A stretch of 63,763 bases of DNA, counting the filler, from an uncultured Methanosarcinales archaeon (GTDB lineage: Archaea > Nanobdellota > Nanobdellia > Woesearchaeales > CAZOXR01): the NCBI GenBank assembly GCA_964566535.1. It is 4 parts of 4 records of this genome, joined end to end, with 100 filler letters (N's around TTAATTAATTAA, not from the genome) between each part and the next. Parts side by side here need not be neighbours in the genome. Positions count along the whole stretch, not along the records: positions 8,741 to 39,532 come from CAZMIO010000013.1; positions 39,633 to 62,045 come from CAZMIO010000016.1; 2 more parts are not named here. One strand, given 5' to 3'. The position numbers and the translations under genes were made by a program. Within the stretch, counting starts at the first letter, position 1. Each line of letters starts with the position of its first letter. Positions 30,345 through 40,468 of this stretch are shown here, one piece after another. The notes under the pieces were generated by a model that made no database searches, had not been told where the DNA came from, and worked only from the letters and a program-made list of their open reading frames with translations.

Positions 30345-31118
30345 TTACTTTTTTACTTCTGGTTTTTCCCCAGTTTGTTCTTCTGATTTTGGATCTTGAG
30401 GTTTATCTTCTTTTTCTTCCTTTATTGCCTTTGGTTTTTCTTTTCCTTTTTGTTCTTCCAGGGGTTTTGCTCCTACCTTGTAGGATTTATCCATTGTGAA
30501 CTTTATGATTATTTCTTTTATATTGTGACTTTCGTTAGGTAATGAATGTAGAACTGAATTGTAGATTGTCATTATATTGTCAACTAATTCTTCATCTTTC
30601 ATATCTTCTTTTCCAACAGAACATTGTAGAATTGCGTCGTTTATTGTTGCTAATTTGATTGTTTGTTGAAGTCTTTCATATAATGGTTTTAGACTAGCAT
30701 TAGGTGGGACTACACAACCTGCTTTTGGGTTAGGCATCTTTCCTTTTGGACCAAATACTCTACCAAAGGTTGTAGCTATCTTTGGCATTATTGTAGCTTG
30801 AGCAATAAAGAAATCGTATCCATTAGCTAGTTTCTTAGCTACTTTTTTATCTTGATATTTTGGGAAGTCTTCTAATGAGACTGCTAGGTCGCATACTTCT
30901 TTTGCTTGTTCTAGAAGTTCTGGTCCAACTAATGCACAAACTTTGGCTTTTTTGCCTCTTGAGAAATGTAGCTGAATAAATTGTGTAACTTGGTGGTCTG
31001 GGTTCTTTAAATCTAAATCCTTTAGATTTATGATTAAGTCTACGCTTTGCTTAAAGTTTCTTTTCTTAGAATTTGCTCTTACGAGCTTTAATGTTTCTAT
31101 TACTTCGTTTTTGTTCAT
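30345..31118 (-). CDS. rpl1: 50S ribosomal protein uL1
   Basis: RNFKQSVDLIINL, GPKGKMP. Confidence 0.96.
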   Translation of the reverse strand: MNKNEVIETLKLVRANSKKRNFKQSVDLIINLKDLDLKNPDHQVTQFIQLHFSRGKKAKVCALVGPELLEQAKEVCDLAVSLEDFPKYQDKKVAKKLANGYDFFIAQATIMPKIATTFGRVFGPKGKMPNPKAGCVVPPNASLKPLYERLQQTIKLATINDAILQCSVGKEDMKDEELVDNIMTIYNSVLHSLPNESHNIKEIIIKFTMDKSYKVGAKPLEEQKGKEKPKAIKEEKEDKPQDPKSEEQTGEKPEVKK

Positions 31119-31204
31119 TTTTTCTACCCTTCTACTCTTGATATAGTAGTACTGCGGGAATACTTAATAGAATGGGATTGGTTTGGGGTTTATAAATGTT
31201 GCTG

Positions 31205-31861
31205 TTATATGAATCTTGTTGGTTTGTTTGCTGACTGGTATGGGATTTCTCCGAATTTGCAGTTTTTACAGGTTGCGTCTAGGTTGACCCAATCGTCTTC
31301 TGCTTTGTGTCTCTTTGTTGCTTCTGGGATACTAGCTTGGACGTAGACATGTTTTGGGATTAGGATGAATCTTGTTTTTATTCCTATTGATTCTAAGAGG
31401 TTTGCTAATAATACACTCGCGTCATCGCAATCTCCACCTCCTGAGACTAAACTTTGTTTTGCTGATTTGATATATTCAAATGCATTTGGATCTGAGACAT
31501 AATCAAAGTTGTCTCTTACGAAGTAGAATATTGCTTTTGCCTGGCAGACTTTTGATCCATCACAGCTTGAGGATGCTATTTTGTCTGCGATTAGTTTTAT
31601 TTCTGGGTCGTTGGGGGTGAGTTGTATATTGTTTATGTTGTTCGTTATTGAGTCTGGGTCTGGTTCTAGGTTTTTTGGAACGACATCATCTATTGTTGGG
31701 ATGTTTTTTGGTTCTGGGTCTAGTTTTACTGCGTAGTAAGAGAAAACCCACATTGTAATTATTAGCAAGAGGAATATTGTGATGATTAGTTTAACTGGCC
31801 CTTTCCACCATGGTGGGTGTTCTTCCAGTTCGTGATCATGTTGTAGGCTATGTTCTTCCAT
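31205..31861 (-). CDS. Membrane-anchored transglutaminase-like protein
   Basis: N-terminal TM helix; GDCDD...HVY...LDAT (Cys-His-Asp triad). Confidence 0.88.
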   Translation of the reverse strand: MEEHSLQHDHELEEHPPWWKGPVKLIITIFLLLIITMWVFSYYAVKLDPEPKNIPTIDDVVPKNLEPDPDSITNNINNIQLTPNDPEIKLIADKIASSSCDGSKVCQAKAIFYFVRDNFDYVSDPNAFEYIKSAKQSLVSGGGDCDDASVLLANLLESIGIKTRFILIPKHVYVQASIPEATKRHKAEDDWVNLDATCKNCKFGEIPYQSANKPTRFI

Positions 31862-31966
31862 AAGATTTAATAATGGGGTTGAGTTTTAAATAGTTTGTTC
31901 TAAATTCTTTATTTTATGTGATGAATATAGGAAGGTTTTTATTTATATAATGTAAATATCTAGTTT

Positions 31967-34672
31967 ATGGAGCAAAGAGAGGCAATTGAGATATTAGATG
32001 TTGAGGAGCAAATACTTAGGAGGCGTTGGTATAAGGTTTTTAATCTACTTGAGGATGATATGTATGCTATATGGAGTGAGGAAATAAAAAAAGGTTTTCA
32101 TGAATTGAAAGATGAAACAGAAAAGATAGCATATATTATAAGAAAACTTCACAGTCATTATAGGGGGGAAGATGGAGATTATAAAGAACATATTGGACAC
32201 ATAAGGGAATTTCTTCAACATATAAATAAAAAAATTAAACAAAAAGATAAATGGGTTAAGTTTATTGCTCAGGATATCGAACAAATAATTGAAGATGTTG
32301 AAGAAGAGAAAAGAGATTTTACTGATCAATCTAAAGGTATCGGAAGGAAAGCATTAATGTTGAGGCATAGGAGGGAATTTAATATATTGGAAGAGGTAGG
32401 ATTTCCAGTTAAGCGGTATTTTGATCTAGCGCTTTTTTTGGTAAGACATTGGGATGATGTGGGAAGGCTTATTCCTTATGGTCGCGATAATTCTTTATTA
32501 TTTAGAAGGGGATTGCCTGCTGTAAGAGATCTGATTAATGAACAAACATGGCCTGATTTTGAGAGATTATGTTATAAAACATCTCCGGGATTTGTGTATA
32601 GTTTTCCTGTTCTTAGGCCGTTATTGCCTACAAGAGGACTCCATCAAATAGTAGATGACATTTTGGAATTGAAAGGTAGTGTAGATATTGATGGTTCTGA
32701 GTTTTTTACATATGGTTTACCTTCTGTTAAACATATAATAGCTGAAAACCCTTGGACTTAGCCAGGTATGATCGAGATTGCTAAAATAGCAAGATCCTCT
32801 GCAGCGTCATTATTTGCTCATGGTTTATCGAGGATTGATGATATCATTAATGAACAAACATGGCCTGATTTGATAAAGATGGCAAGGGGAACTAGTGATA
32901 TCTCATGTACGTTTTTGTTTGTATTTACTCTTCCAAGTATTAAACATATAATTCGTGAAGATAATTTGGATGAGATTGTTGAAGGAGTACTTTTGTTAGG
33001 AAAGATTGGACACCATAATATTTTTGGGAAGGTTGTTCCTTCACTTAAGCATGTCATTACGGCTGAGAACTGGAAAAGTGTTACTGAATTATTATATGAA
33101 TATAATACTAAAACAGGAGATTATGGTCAAAGGAATGTTTCACTATTATGGGGACTACCTTACCTTAGAAATGCAATTACTAGTGCTAATTTTCCACTTG
33201 TTCTACAAAAATGCGAAGAAGTTAGAACTTCATTAAGACTTAATGATCTAGCTCTTTTTCAAAATGGATTCCCTGCTATTGAAGATATTGTTGATGAAGG
33301 GAATATTATTCAAATACTTGATAAAATTAAGGAAGTATGCGAGAGGTTAAATAGATATAATCATCAGAATGTTAATGCAGTATCTACTGTCTTTATGGGA
33401 TTGAATAGTATCAAACAAATTTTGACTGGAGAGAATTTCAATGATGTTATGGAACTATTGATGAGTGTTTTTGAATCTGAGATACTTGTTGTCCGAACCG
33501 AAAATAGGAATTCCTTTTTTCGTTATGCTCTTCCCGAATTTAACGAAAAGATAAGAAGTTTAGGTGATTTGGCGTATATAATTACCACGTATAGAGAAAG
33601 AATAGCTAATATTATCAATGGGGAGTTTGATAATGAGGATAGGAGATGGTTCTTTGAATATATTGTAGGAGTATTTAGAAAGAATTTGAAACATTTTGAT
33701 GATTATGTTGAATTGGTTACTGAGTATGTGGGAAAGGTTTCTCCAATTATTAGGGATGATTTTGAGCCTGTTGATAAGTCATTATTCTTTTATCCTATCT
33801 TAAATCAGTTTGGAGAGGGCGTTGAACATTTTGATGATTTTGTCAGGTTGGTCAATGATTATTTAGAGAATAAGGATGTTCTGAAAAAAGGCAATATCGA
33901 CATTTTACTTCATAAGGCCGATCCTAAAAATGGGATAGGCGGTGCTATTGAAAGGTTTAAGAAAATGATGGAAGATCCTAGGTATGTCACATTCCAGGGT
34001 TTAACTGAACTCGGGTTTTTATGTTGTCATGTTACAAATGCCTTTTTTGGAGGGGCTGCTGGGAATAATGAAAAGAAGAAAGATATCTTTGATAATATTG
34101 TGTATGATATAATGAATCCTGACAGTTATAATCCTAGTTGTTCTGTAATAAGGCCTCATGGATATACTTCATTGGTTGTAACAAGTAGAGATCAAACTGG
34201 CGGTTCAATAGGGGTAGTATATGATTACGGGTATATTTATCAGTCATTCCGTAGTGATGCTGCTACAACTGATGAAACGGACGAAGTAACTGGAAGTACT
34301 ATTAGGAGAGGTAATCGTGATCGATCAACTAGTACTGCACTGGTCGTTAACCTTTCTAAAAGTAGCTATAATGAAGTGCTAGTTCAAAAATGGACTGTTT
34401 CTGGGATTTTTTATACAAAAGGAGTCAAGGATTGGGCAATTGCTAAATTATTGGCTATTAGTCAGAGATTGTCTGGAAGGAAACACTTTAATGGTGAACA
34501 TTGGTATAATCAAGGGGCACCAAAAAAGGTTATTAAATGGTTTCCTGTTTATGAGATTGATCTTAAGGATAATACTTGGAAGGCCGTTTTTGATCCAAAA
34601 CACCAAAAAATTGGGCGAGTTGAGAGAGCTAAAAGATCATTAGGAAGATTCAGACCTAATCGAGAAGATTAA
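31967..34672 (+). pseudogene. Helical-repeat protein with putative ART-like C-terminal domain, interrupted by an in-frame TAG at 32759-32761
   Basis: ORFs 31967-32761 and 32768-34672 are in frame; the stop sits at the W of the repeat motif TWP. Confidence 0.7.
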
Positions 34673-34717
34673 GTTTAATTAGCTAATTTTAAATATAGAT
34701 GGGAATTATTTTCTTCT

Positions 34718-35503
34718 ATGAAAACAGCAATTATTGTTTCGAAGGAAGATCCTGCTGGGATGAATATAGCGGAATGTCTTTCCGAGTATGATTTGGATAA
34801 ATTGAATGCTGAGTTGTTTATTAGGAAGAAGGAGTCTATTTTTAATGAAGGGATTGATGAGGAGGTAGATGCTGATCTTTTTATCTTTGCTACTAAACAT
34901 CAGTCGGCTAAAGGAGTTCATTCTTTGAGTTGTCATGCTCCAGGGAATTTTGGGAAGGCGGAGGCTGGTGGAAAAGATAAGAAGTTGTGTGTTGCTCCTG
35001 CTGTATTGCTGAAGGAGGCTTTTTTGAAGTTGAATGAGTTTGGTGAGAGGTTGGGTCATGAGATAACTTTGGAGGTTACACATCATGGGCCTTATTTGGA
35101 GAAGCCTTGCATGTTTATTGAGATTGGTTCTGATGAGGACAATTGGAAGAATAACGAAAGCGGTAAGGTAATTGCAAAAGTTGTTGTTGATTTGCTTGAG
35201 AGAATAGATGATATTATGGGTAATTCAAAGAAGTATGAGATTGCTTTTGGTGTTGGTGGTTTACATTACGGAAAAACATTTGGTCGGAGAGTTTTAGAGA
35301 AGGATATTGCTATTGGTCATATCTGTCCTAAGTATCAATTTGAGAATTTAGATAAAGAGATGATTCTTGAGGGGATTAATAGGACCCATGAGAAGGTTGA
35401 TTTCGTTCTGTTGGATTGGAAGGGGTTGGGTAAGGAGAAGCAACGAATTGTAGATATGCTTAATGAGTTAGGTTTAGAATTTAAGAGAACTGATAAGATC
35501 TAA
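34718..35503 (+). CDS. dtdA: Archaeal D-aminoacyl-tRNA deacylase
   Basis: SLSCHAPGN, EVTHHGP, FIEIGS, GGLHY. Confidence 0.93.
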   Translation: MKTAIIVSKEDPAGMNIAECLSEYDLDKLNAELFIRKKESIFNEGIDEEVDADLFIFATKHQSAKGVHSLSCHAPGNFGKAEAGGKDKKLCVAPAVLLKEAFLKLNEFGERLGHEITLEVTHHGPYLEKPCMFIEIGSDEDNWKNNESGKVIAKVVVDLLERIDDIMGNSKKYEIAFGVGGLHYGKTFGRRVLEKDIAIGHICPKYQFENLDKEMILEGINRTHEKVDFVLLDWKGLGKEKQRIVDMLNELGLEFKRTDKI

Positions 35504-35505
35504 AA

Positions 35506-36315
35506 CTATTTCTTCTCTTTAGGAGCTTCTTCTTTCTTCTCTTCTGCTCCAGGTGCTGCTGCTGCTCCTTCTGCTGGTGCTGCTCCTGCTTCTCCAGGTG
35601 CTGCTGCTCCTTCTGCTGCTCCTTCAATCGGTAGTAACTCTTTGATCATTGGGTCTGGGATGTTTGCTTCTTTTAGCTTAGCTTTAATTTCTCCTCTTTC
35701 TTTGCCAGCCATTTTAGCAATGATATCTTTAGCGACTCTTTCGAACTCTGCTCTTCTCTTTTCAATTCCAGCTGCTAGTTTCTTTTTCTCTGCTTCTAGT
35801 TTTGCCTTTTCTTCATCAGTAAGTTCTGTTTTTTCTTCTTTGATTTCTTTATCGAATTTTCCAGCATTAATGTCAACTATTGTTTCAACTGCAGGTTTAC
35901 CTTCAACTAGAATTCCCATTGAATTGCATGTTCCTACAATTTCTTTGATTCTTTCTTTTAATGTTTTACCTAATAAATTACCTTCTTTCATCTTTGCAAT
36001 CTTGATCATCTGCTCAATTAGAACGTCTGCTACTTTGTCTTCTTTTGGATTTCCTGAACCTTTTTCAACGCCTGCTTCTTTTTTAATTAATGCAGAAGCT
36101 GGTGGAGTACCTATTTCTATTGTGAATTCTTTAGTATCGGAATCAACTATAACATCAACAGGAACTTGCATTCCTTTGAAAGCATCAGTCTTTTTGTTTA
36201 TGTCTGCCACTACTTGTCCAATATTCACTCCTAATGGACCTAGAGCTGGACCTAATGGTGGTGCGGCTGTTGCTTTGCCGCCTTGTACTAATACTTTAAT
36301 TGACTGATTTGCCAT
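35506..36315 (-). CDS. rpl11: 50S ribosomal protein uL11 with C-terminal extension
   Basis: GGKATAAPPLGPALGP, GTCNSMG; about 100 extra residues. Confidence 0.95.
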   Translation of the reverse strand: MANQSIKVLVQGGKATAAPPLGPALGPLGVNIGQVVADINKKTDAFKGMQVPVDVIVDSDTKEFTIEIGTPPASALIKKEAGVEKGSGNPKEDKVADVLIEQMIKIAKMKEGNLLGKTLKERIKEIVGTCNSMGILVEGKPAVETIVDINAGKFDKEIKEEKTELTDEEKAKLEAEKKKLAAGIEKRRAEFERVAKDIIAKMAGKERGEIKAKLKEANIPDPMIKELLPIEGAAEGAAAPGEAGAAPAEGAAAAPGAEEKKEEAPKEKK

Positions 36316-36402
36316 GGGGTTAAGGATTTTAATATGGTTTATAAATGTTTCTGATAAAAATAAATCAAAAACTTTTAATATGAGTCTAATTAAGATTTAG
36401 TT

Positions 36403-37725
36403 ATGTCAATATTTAAGGCTTATGATATAAGGGGGAAGTATCCTTATGAGTTGAATGAGGATATTGCTTACAATATAGGTAAGGCTGCTGCTAAGTTCTT
36501 TAAGGCTAAAGAGATTGCTGTTGGTAGGGATATGAGGTTGAGTGGAGATAGTTTGTTTACTAGTTTGTCTGAGGGGATTACTGATATGGGTGTTGATATG
36601 ATTGATATTGGGTTATGTAGTTCGCCAATGGCATCATTTGCTTCTGGTTTTTTGAAGAAACCGGTTATTATGGTTACTGCCTCACATAATCCTAAGGAAT
36701 ATAATGGGTTTAAGATTATGGGGGCAGGTGCAAAGCCCGTTAGTGCTGATTCTGGGATTAAGGATATTGAGAAGATGGCTTCTTCTGAGATTGAGAAGTC
36801 TTCGAAAAGAGGGATGATAGTTTCAAAGAATATTGATAAGGATTACATTAAGCATATTATGAAATTTTGCAGGTTAAAAGATATTAAGATGAAGATTGTT
36901 GTTGATACTTCGAATGGTATGGCTGGGAAGTTTTTGCCAATGGTTGCTGAGAAGTTGAAAAGTTTAGATATAGTTAAGATGAACTTTAAGATTGATGGTA
37001 ACTTTCCAGGGCATGATCCTAATCCCCTTAAGCCTGAGATTATTGATATTTTACGTCAACGTGTTTTGAAGGAGAAGGCAGATTTAGGGGTTGCGTTTGA
37101 TGGGGATGCAGATAGGGTATTTTTTGTTTCTGATAAAGGGGATGTTGTAACATCTGATTATATTACTTGTTTGATTGGGCAGAATATGTTGAAAGACAAT
37201 AAAGGTGGAATGATACTTTATGATCTTAGAAGTTCATGGATTGTTAAGGAATTTTTGGAGGCGGAGGGTGGTAAGACTAAGATGAGTAAGGTTGGACATT
37301 CTTTTATCAAAGAACAGATGAGGAAGGATAATGGGATTTTTGCTGGTGAACTTTCTGGTCACTTTTATTTTAAGGATAATTTTTATGCTGACTCTGGAAT
37401 AATTGGAATGTTGCAGGTTTTATGTTTGCTTTCTGGTGAGGGGAAGGAGATGTCTGAGTTGATTAAGCCGTTGCAGAAATATTTTTCAACTGGGGAGCTT
37501 AATTCTGATGTTTCTGATAAAGAGGGTAAGATTAAGGCTTTGAAAGCGAAGTATAAGGATGGTAAGATTAGTATGTTGGATGGTATTAGAGTAGATTATT
37601 CTGATTGGTGGTTTAATGTTAGGCCTTCGAATACTGAGTCACTTTTGAGGTTGAATTTGGAAGCTAAATCTAAGGAGATTATGGAAGAGAAGAAGAAAGA
37701 AATTCTTGATTTTATTCGGAAGTAA
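36403..37725 (+). CDS. Phosphomannomutase/phosphoglucomutase
   Basis: FKAYDIRG, TASHNP, FDGDADR, GELSGH, RPSNTE. Confidence 0.95.
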   Translation: MSIFKAYDIRGKYPYELNEDIAYNIGKAAAKFFKAKEIAVGRDMRLSGDSLFTSLSEGITDMGVDMIDIGLCSSPMASFASGFLKKPVIMVTASHNPKEYNGFKIMGAGAKPVSADSGIKDIEKMASSEIEKSSKRGMIVSKNIDKDYIKHIMKFCRLKDIKMKIVVDTSNGMAGKFLPMVAEKLKSLDIVKMNFKIDGNFPGHDPNPLKPEIIDILRQRVLKEKADLGVAFDGDADRVFFVSDKGDVVTSDYITCLIGQNMLKDNKGGMILYDLRSSWIVKEFLEAEGGKTKMSKVGHSFIKEQMRKDNGIFAGELSGHFYFKDNFYADSGIIGMLQVLCLLSGEGKEMSELIKPLQKYFSTGELNSDVSDKEGKIKALKAKYKDGKISMLDGIRVDYSDWWFNVRPSNTESLLRLNLEAKSKEIMEEKKKEILDFIRK

Positions 37726-37773
37726 TGGTTTGAGGTAATAAAATTTTTAAATGAAGAAGTATTCCCTTTTCTT

Positions 37774-38247
37774 ATGGTTGATGAATTATTATCACAAAAG
37801 TATGCGAGATATGCTGTGGCAAATAGATTTCTTGAAGCAGTAGAGGGAGTTGTCCTTTGCGGTGCGGATATTGAAGAAGGGGACTTGGTTCTCCAGGTTT
37901 CATTGGGACATAATGGGGTATATAGGCCTCATGCTGCTGATGGTGAACATGGTTTGGTAGGATCGTTTATGGCTTATGGGGTTGTTGATTTACTTGAAGA
38001 TGGAGGGGTGGCTGGAGGAATTCATACTCGGAATGGTTCTGATAGGCTTAATTCTGGATTTATAGTGCCTGTTATGAGGGGTGATGATGGGATTTATCTT
38101 GGCCCATTTGAAAATTGGAGTGTACATGGTAGTAATCCGGCAAATAGACATTTTATTGGTGAGAGGGATGTTTATGCTGGTATCTATAAAGCAGAATTTC
38201 AACCAGTTGAAGTATCAGAAAGATATATTAGAGAATTGTTAAGTTAG
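37774..38247 (+). CDS. Hypothetical protein
   Basis: 157-aa ORF with upstream TTTTAAAT box. Confidence 0.65.
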   Translation: MVDELLSQKYARYAVANRFLEAVEGVVLCGADIEEGDLVLQVSLGHNGVYRPHAADGEHGLVGSFMAYGVVDLLEDGGVAGGIHTRNGSDRLNSGFIVPVMRGDDGIYLGPFENWSVHGSNPANRHFIGERDVYAGIYKAEFQPVEVSERYIRELLS

Positions 38248-38251
38248 AAGA

Positions 38252-38291
38252 TTTCTAAAGGTTTCTAAAGGTTTCTAAAGGTTTTTAAATG
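38252..38291 (+). promoter_or_regulatory. 10-bp tandem repeat ending in the TATA-like box of the sigma-like gene
   Basis: (TTTCTAAAGG)x3 then TTTTTAAATG, ending 22 nt before the ATG at 38314. Confidence 0.6.
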
Positions 38292-38313
38292 GTTTTGAAT
38301 TTCCTACTACTTC

Positions 38314-39264
38314 ATGGTAATAGAAACTAAGGGTGGGGGAGATTTGGCTTTTTTGGTTGGAGGGAAGTATGTAAGGTCTTATAATCAGGCAGATCCTCTG
38401 ACCGATAAGGAAGCAATGTATCGGACACCTTATTCAGATAGATTATTTGCTCATGATATCTTAACTCCGGAGCAACATGTTGAGTTGATAGCAAGGTATA
38501 GAGATACAAGTCTTCCAATTCATGAGCGGGAAGGAGCACGGATAGAATTAATGGGATCATTTTTTAAGTATTTGAGGGAAAGGGCCGATCATTATAGTCA
38601 AGTATATGGGGTTCATGATACTCCTTCTATTGCTGATCTATTCCAAGAAGCTGCTACAGTATTTTGGGATAAAGTTGTTCCTAAATGGGATTCGGCTAAA
38701 AGTAATTTGGTGAATTATTCAAAACTATGGGTTAGACAGGCTATTGAAAGATATGCTTTTGTTCATGCTCATGCATATAAAAGGGAAACTTACCTTAAAG
38801 ATTGGCATCACAGATTTAATGTTGCTGAGATGGAGTTCTTTAAGGAAAAAGGATATCTTCCAACTCGTGAAGAATTAGCCGATATTTTAGATATGACTGT
38901 TGAAGATATTGAGCGTATTGAATTTACAAAAGTACCCAATACCTCACTACATACGACTACAAGTAAAGAAGGTTATGAATACGATGAATGTGGAATTGAT
39001 ACTTTAGAAGATATGGATTGGGTGGATCAATTAGATAGACTTGTTCGTGAGGAAGAAAAAGCTGAACTACCTGACGCTTTAGCTGAATTACCTGGAAGAT
39101 GGAGGCAAATTCTAATGACGAGGTATTTTAGAGATGATGGAAAACTTGTTCCTTTTGGAGAGATTGCTAAAGGGTATGATGTTTCATGGCAAAGAATTGA
39201 ACAGATAGAGAAACAAGCTTTTAGGAGAATACGTGAACATTTTGAGGCTGTTTATTCTGAGTAA
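38314..39264 (+). CDS. Sigma-70 family RNA polymerase sigma factor homolog
   Basis: Region 2 (DLFQEA...YSKLWVRQAI), region 3 (PTREELADILDM), region 4 (LAELPGRWRQIL..RY...EIA..Y.VS.QRIEQIEKQA). Confidence 0.85.
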   Translation: MVIETKGGGDLAFLVGGKYVRSYNQADPLTDKEAMYRTPYSDRLFAHDILTPEQHVELIARYRDTSLPIHEREGARIELMGSFFKYLRERADHYSQVYGVHDTPSIADLFQEAATVFWDKVVPKWDSAKSNLVNYSKLWVRQAIERYAFVHAHAYKRETYLKDWHHRFNVAEMEFFKEKGYLPTREELADILDMTVEDIERIEFTKVPNTSLHTTTSKEGYEYDECGIDTLEDMDWVDQLDRLVREEEKAELPDALAELPGRWRQILMTRYFRDDGKLVPFGEIAKGYDVSWQRIEQIEKQAFRRIREHFEAVYSE

Positions 39265-39306
39265 GATATTCAAAAATAAAGAATTAGTCTAATTGATCTT
39301 CTTTGA

Positions 39307-39532
39307 TTACTTTTTCTTTCTACCGAATCTTAAGAAAGCATCAACTACTAAAACTAAGATTATAAATCCAGCTACTCGGAAGTTGGAGTTGGCGCAAGTG
39401 TCTGATAATAGGCCACGTGATTTGCCTGCATCTTGTGCTCCTAGTGTTATGATGGAGGAGGTTAGCGGTAATGTAGTTTCTGATGTTGAAGATGATCCAA
39501 TGATGACGGAAGAGGGTGAAGAACTTGGTCCT
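39307..39532 (-). CDS. C-terminal fragment of a membrane-anchored surface protein
   Basis: Ser/Thr-rich linker, TM helix, RFGRKKK stop; truncated by the gap. Confidence 0.6.
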
Positions 39533-39632
39533 NNNNNNNNNNNNNNNNNNNNNNNNNNNNNNNNNNNNNNNNNNNNTTAATTAATTAANNNNNNNNNNNN
39601 NNNNNNNNNNNNNNNNNNNNNNNNNNNNNNNN
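39533..39632. other. Artificial contig spacer
   Basis: N-run with TTAATTAATTAA. Confidence 0.99.
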
Positions 39633-39835
39633 GAAAGCCTATCCTCATTATTCATCTTAGAAAAATATTTTTTGAATTGCGTATAACTCCATATATACGC
39701 AAACACCAATATTCCCAACTTACAATGGCCATAAACCCCAAATCTCCATTTTCATAACCATCTTTTTCGTAATCTCCCACAAGTAAAGAATACAATCAAA
39801 ACCTTTATATACAAATTACCACAATCAAAACTAAC

Positions 39836-40069
39836 ATGGGAATCCTAAGCAGAATAAGAATCTTAAAAAGAATAATAGAAATTGCTTACACTATGTTCAT
39901 AGTTATCCTTCTAAGCGTTATCGTAGGATTAATATTGGCATTCCCAGTAATGTGGCTTTGGAACTTTGTTTTTGGATCAATGTTACATATCAATGTTTTC
40001 CAAGCTTGGGCATTAAATATCCTTTCAGGAATTCTATTCGGTAAGGGCTCAGACACTTCACACAATTAG
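39836..40069 (+). CDS. Small membrane protein
   Basis: 77 aa with two hydrophobic helices (MWLWN...FQAWAL). Confidence 0.7.
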   Translation: MGILSRIRILKRIIEIAYTMFIVILLSVIVGLILAFPVMWLWNFVFGSMLHINVFQAWALNILSGILFGKGSDTSHN

Positions 40070-40452
40070 TCAATAACAACTAATATATCATCCTTATTTA
40101 CATTATCCCCTTTCTTAACTTTAATTTCCTTAACAACACCCTCTTTAGAACTCAAAATTTCATTCTCCATCTTCATAGCAACCATCTTAAGAAGAACTTC
40201 ACCAGACTTAACTTTCTGGCCGCACTTAACATTTACAGCAGTAATTGTCCCTGGAAGCGGAGCAACAACAGAATTATCTCCCCCTTTCTTCTCTTCATTC
40301 TTTCCAATCTCTTCTTCAATGTTCTGAACACCTGCCTTAGTCTCTACTTCGTAAACATCACCATCAAAATGGACTTTAATCTTCCCATTATCAGCATCTT
40401 CTATCTTGACCTTATGCTCCTTGCCATCTATTTTAACAATTACGTCTTCCAT
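40066..40452 (-). CDS. Biotin carboxyl carrier protein
   Basis: APLPG and the AMKMENEI biotinylation motif. Confidence 0.92.
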   Translation of the reverse strand: MEDVIVKIDGKEHKVKIEDADNGKIKVHFDGDVYEVETKAGVQNIEEEIGKNEEKKGGDNSVVAPLPGTITAVNVKCGQKVKSGEVLLKMVAMKMENEILSSKEGVVKEIKVKKGDNVNKDDILVVID

Positions 40453-40468
40453 CTTGAGAACAATCTAA

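Noticed and set aside
32759..32761. TAG reassignment or pyrrolysine
   Set aside because: TAG ends conserved genes here (glnA, rpl10e) at the expected positions, and no pyl genes are in the window
39293..39580. Plus-strand ORF running into the gap
   Set aside because: The minus strand gives a more plausible membrane-anchor C-terminus
39633..39800. Possible CDS at the start of contig 3
   Set aside because: Only short frames with no recognisable motif
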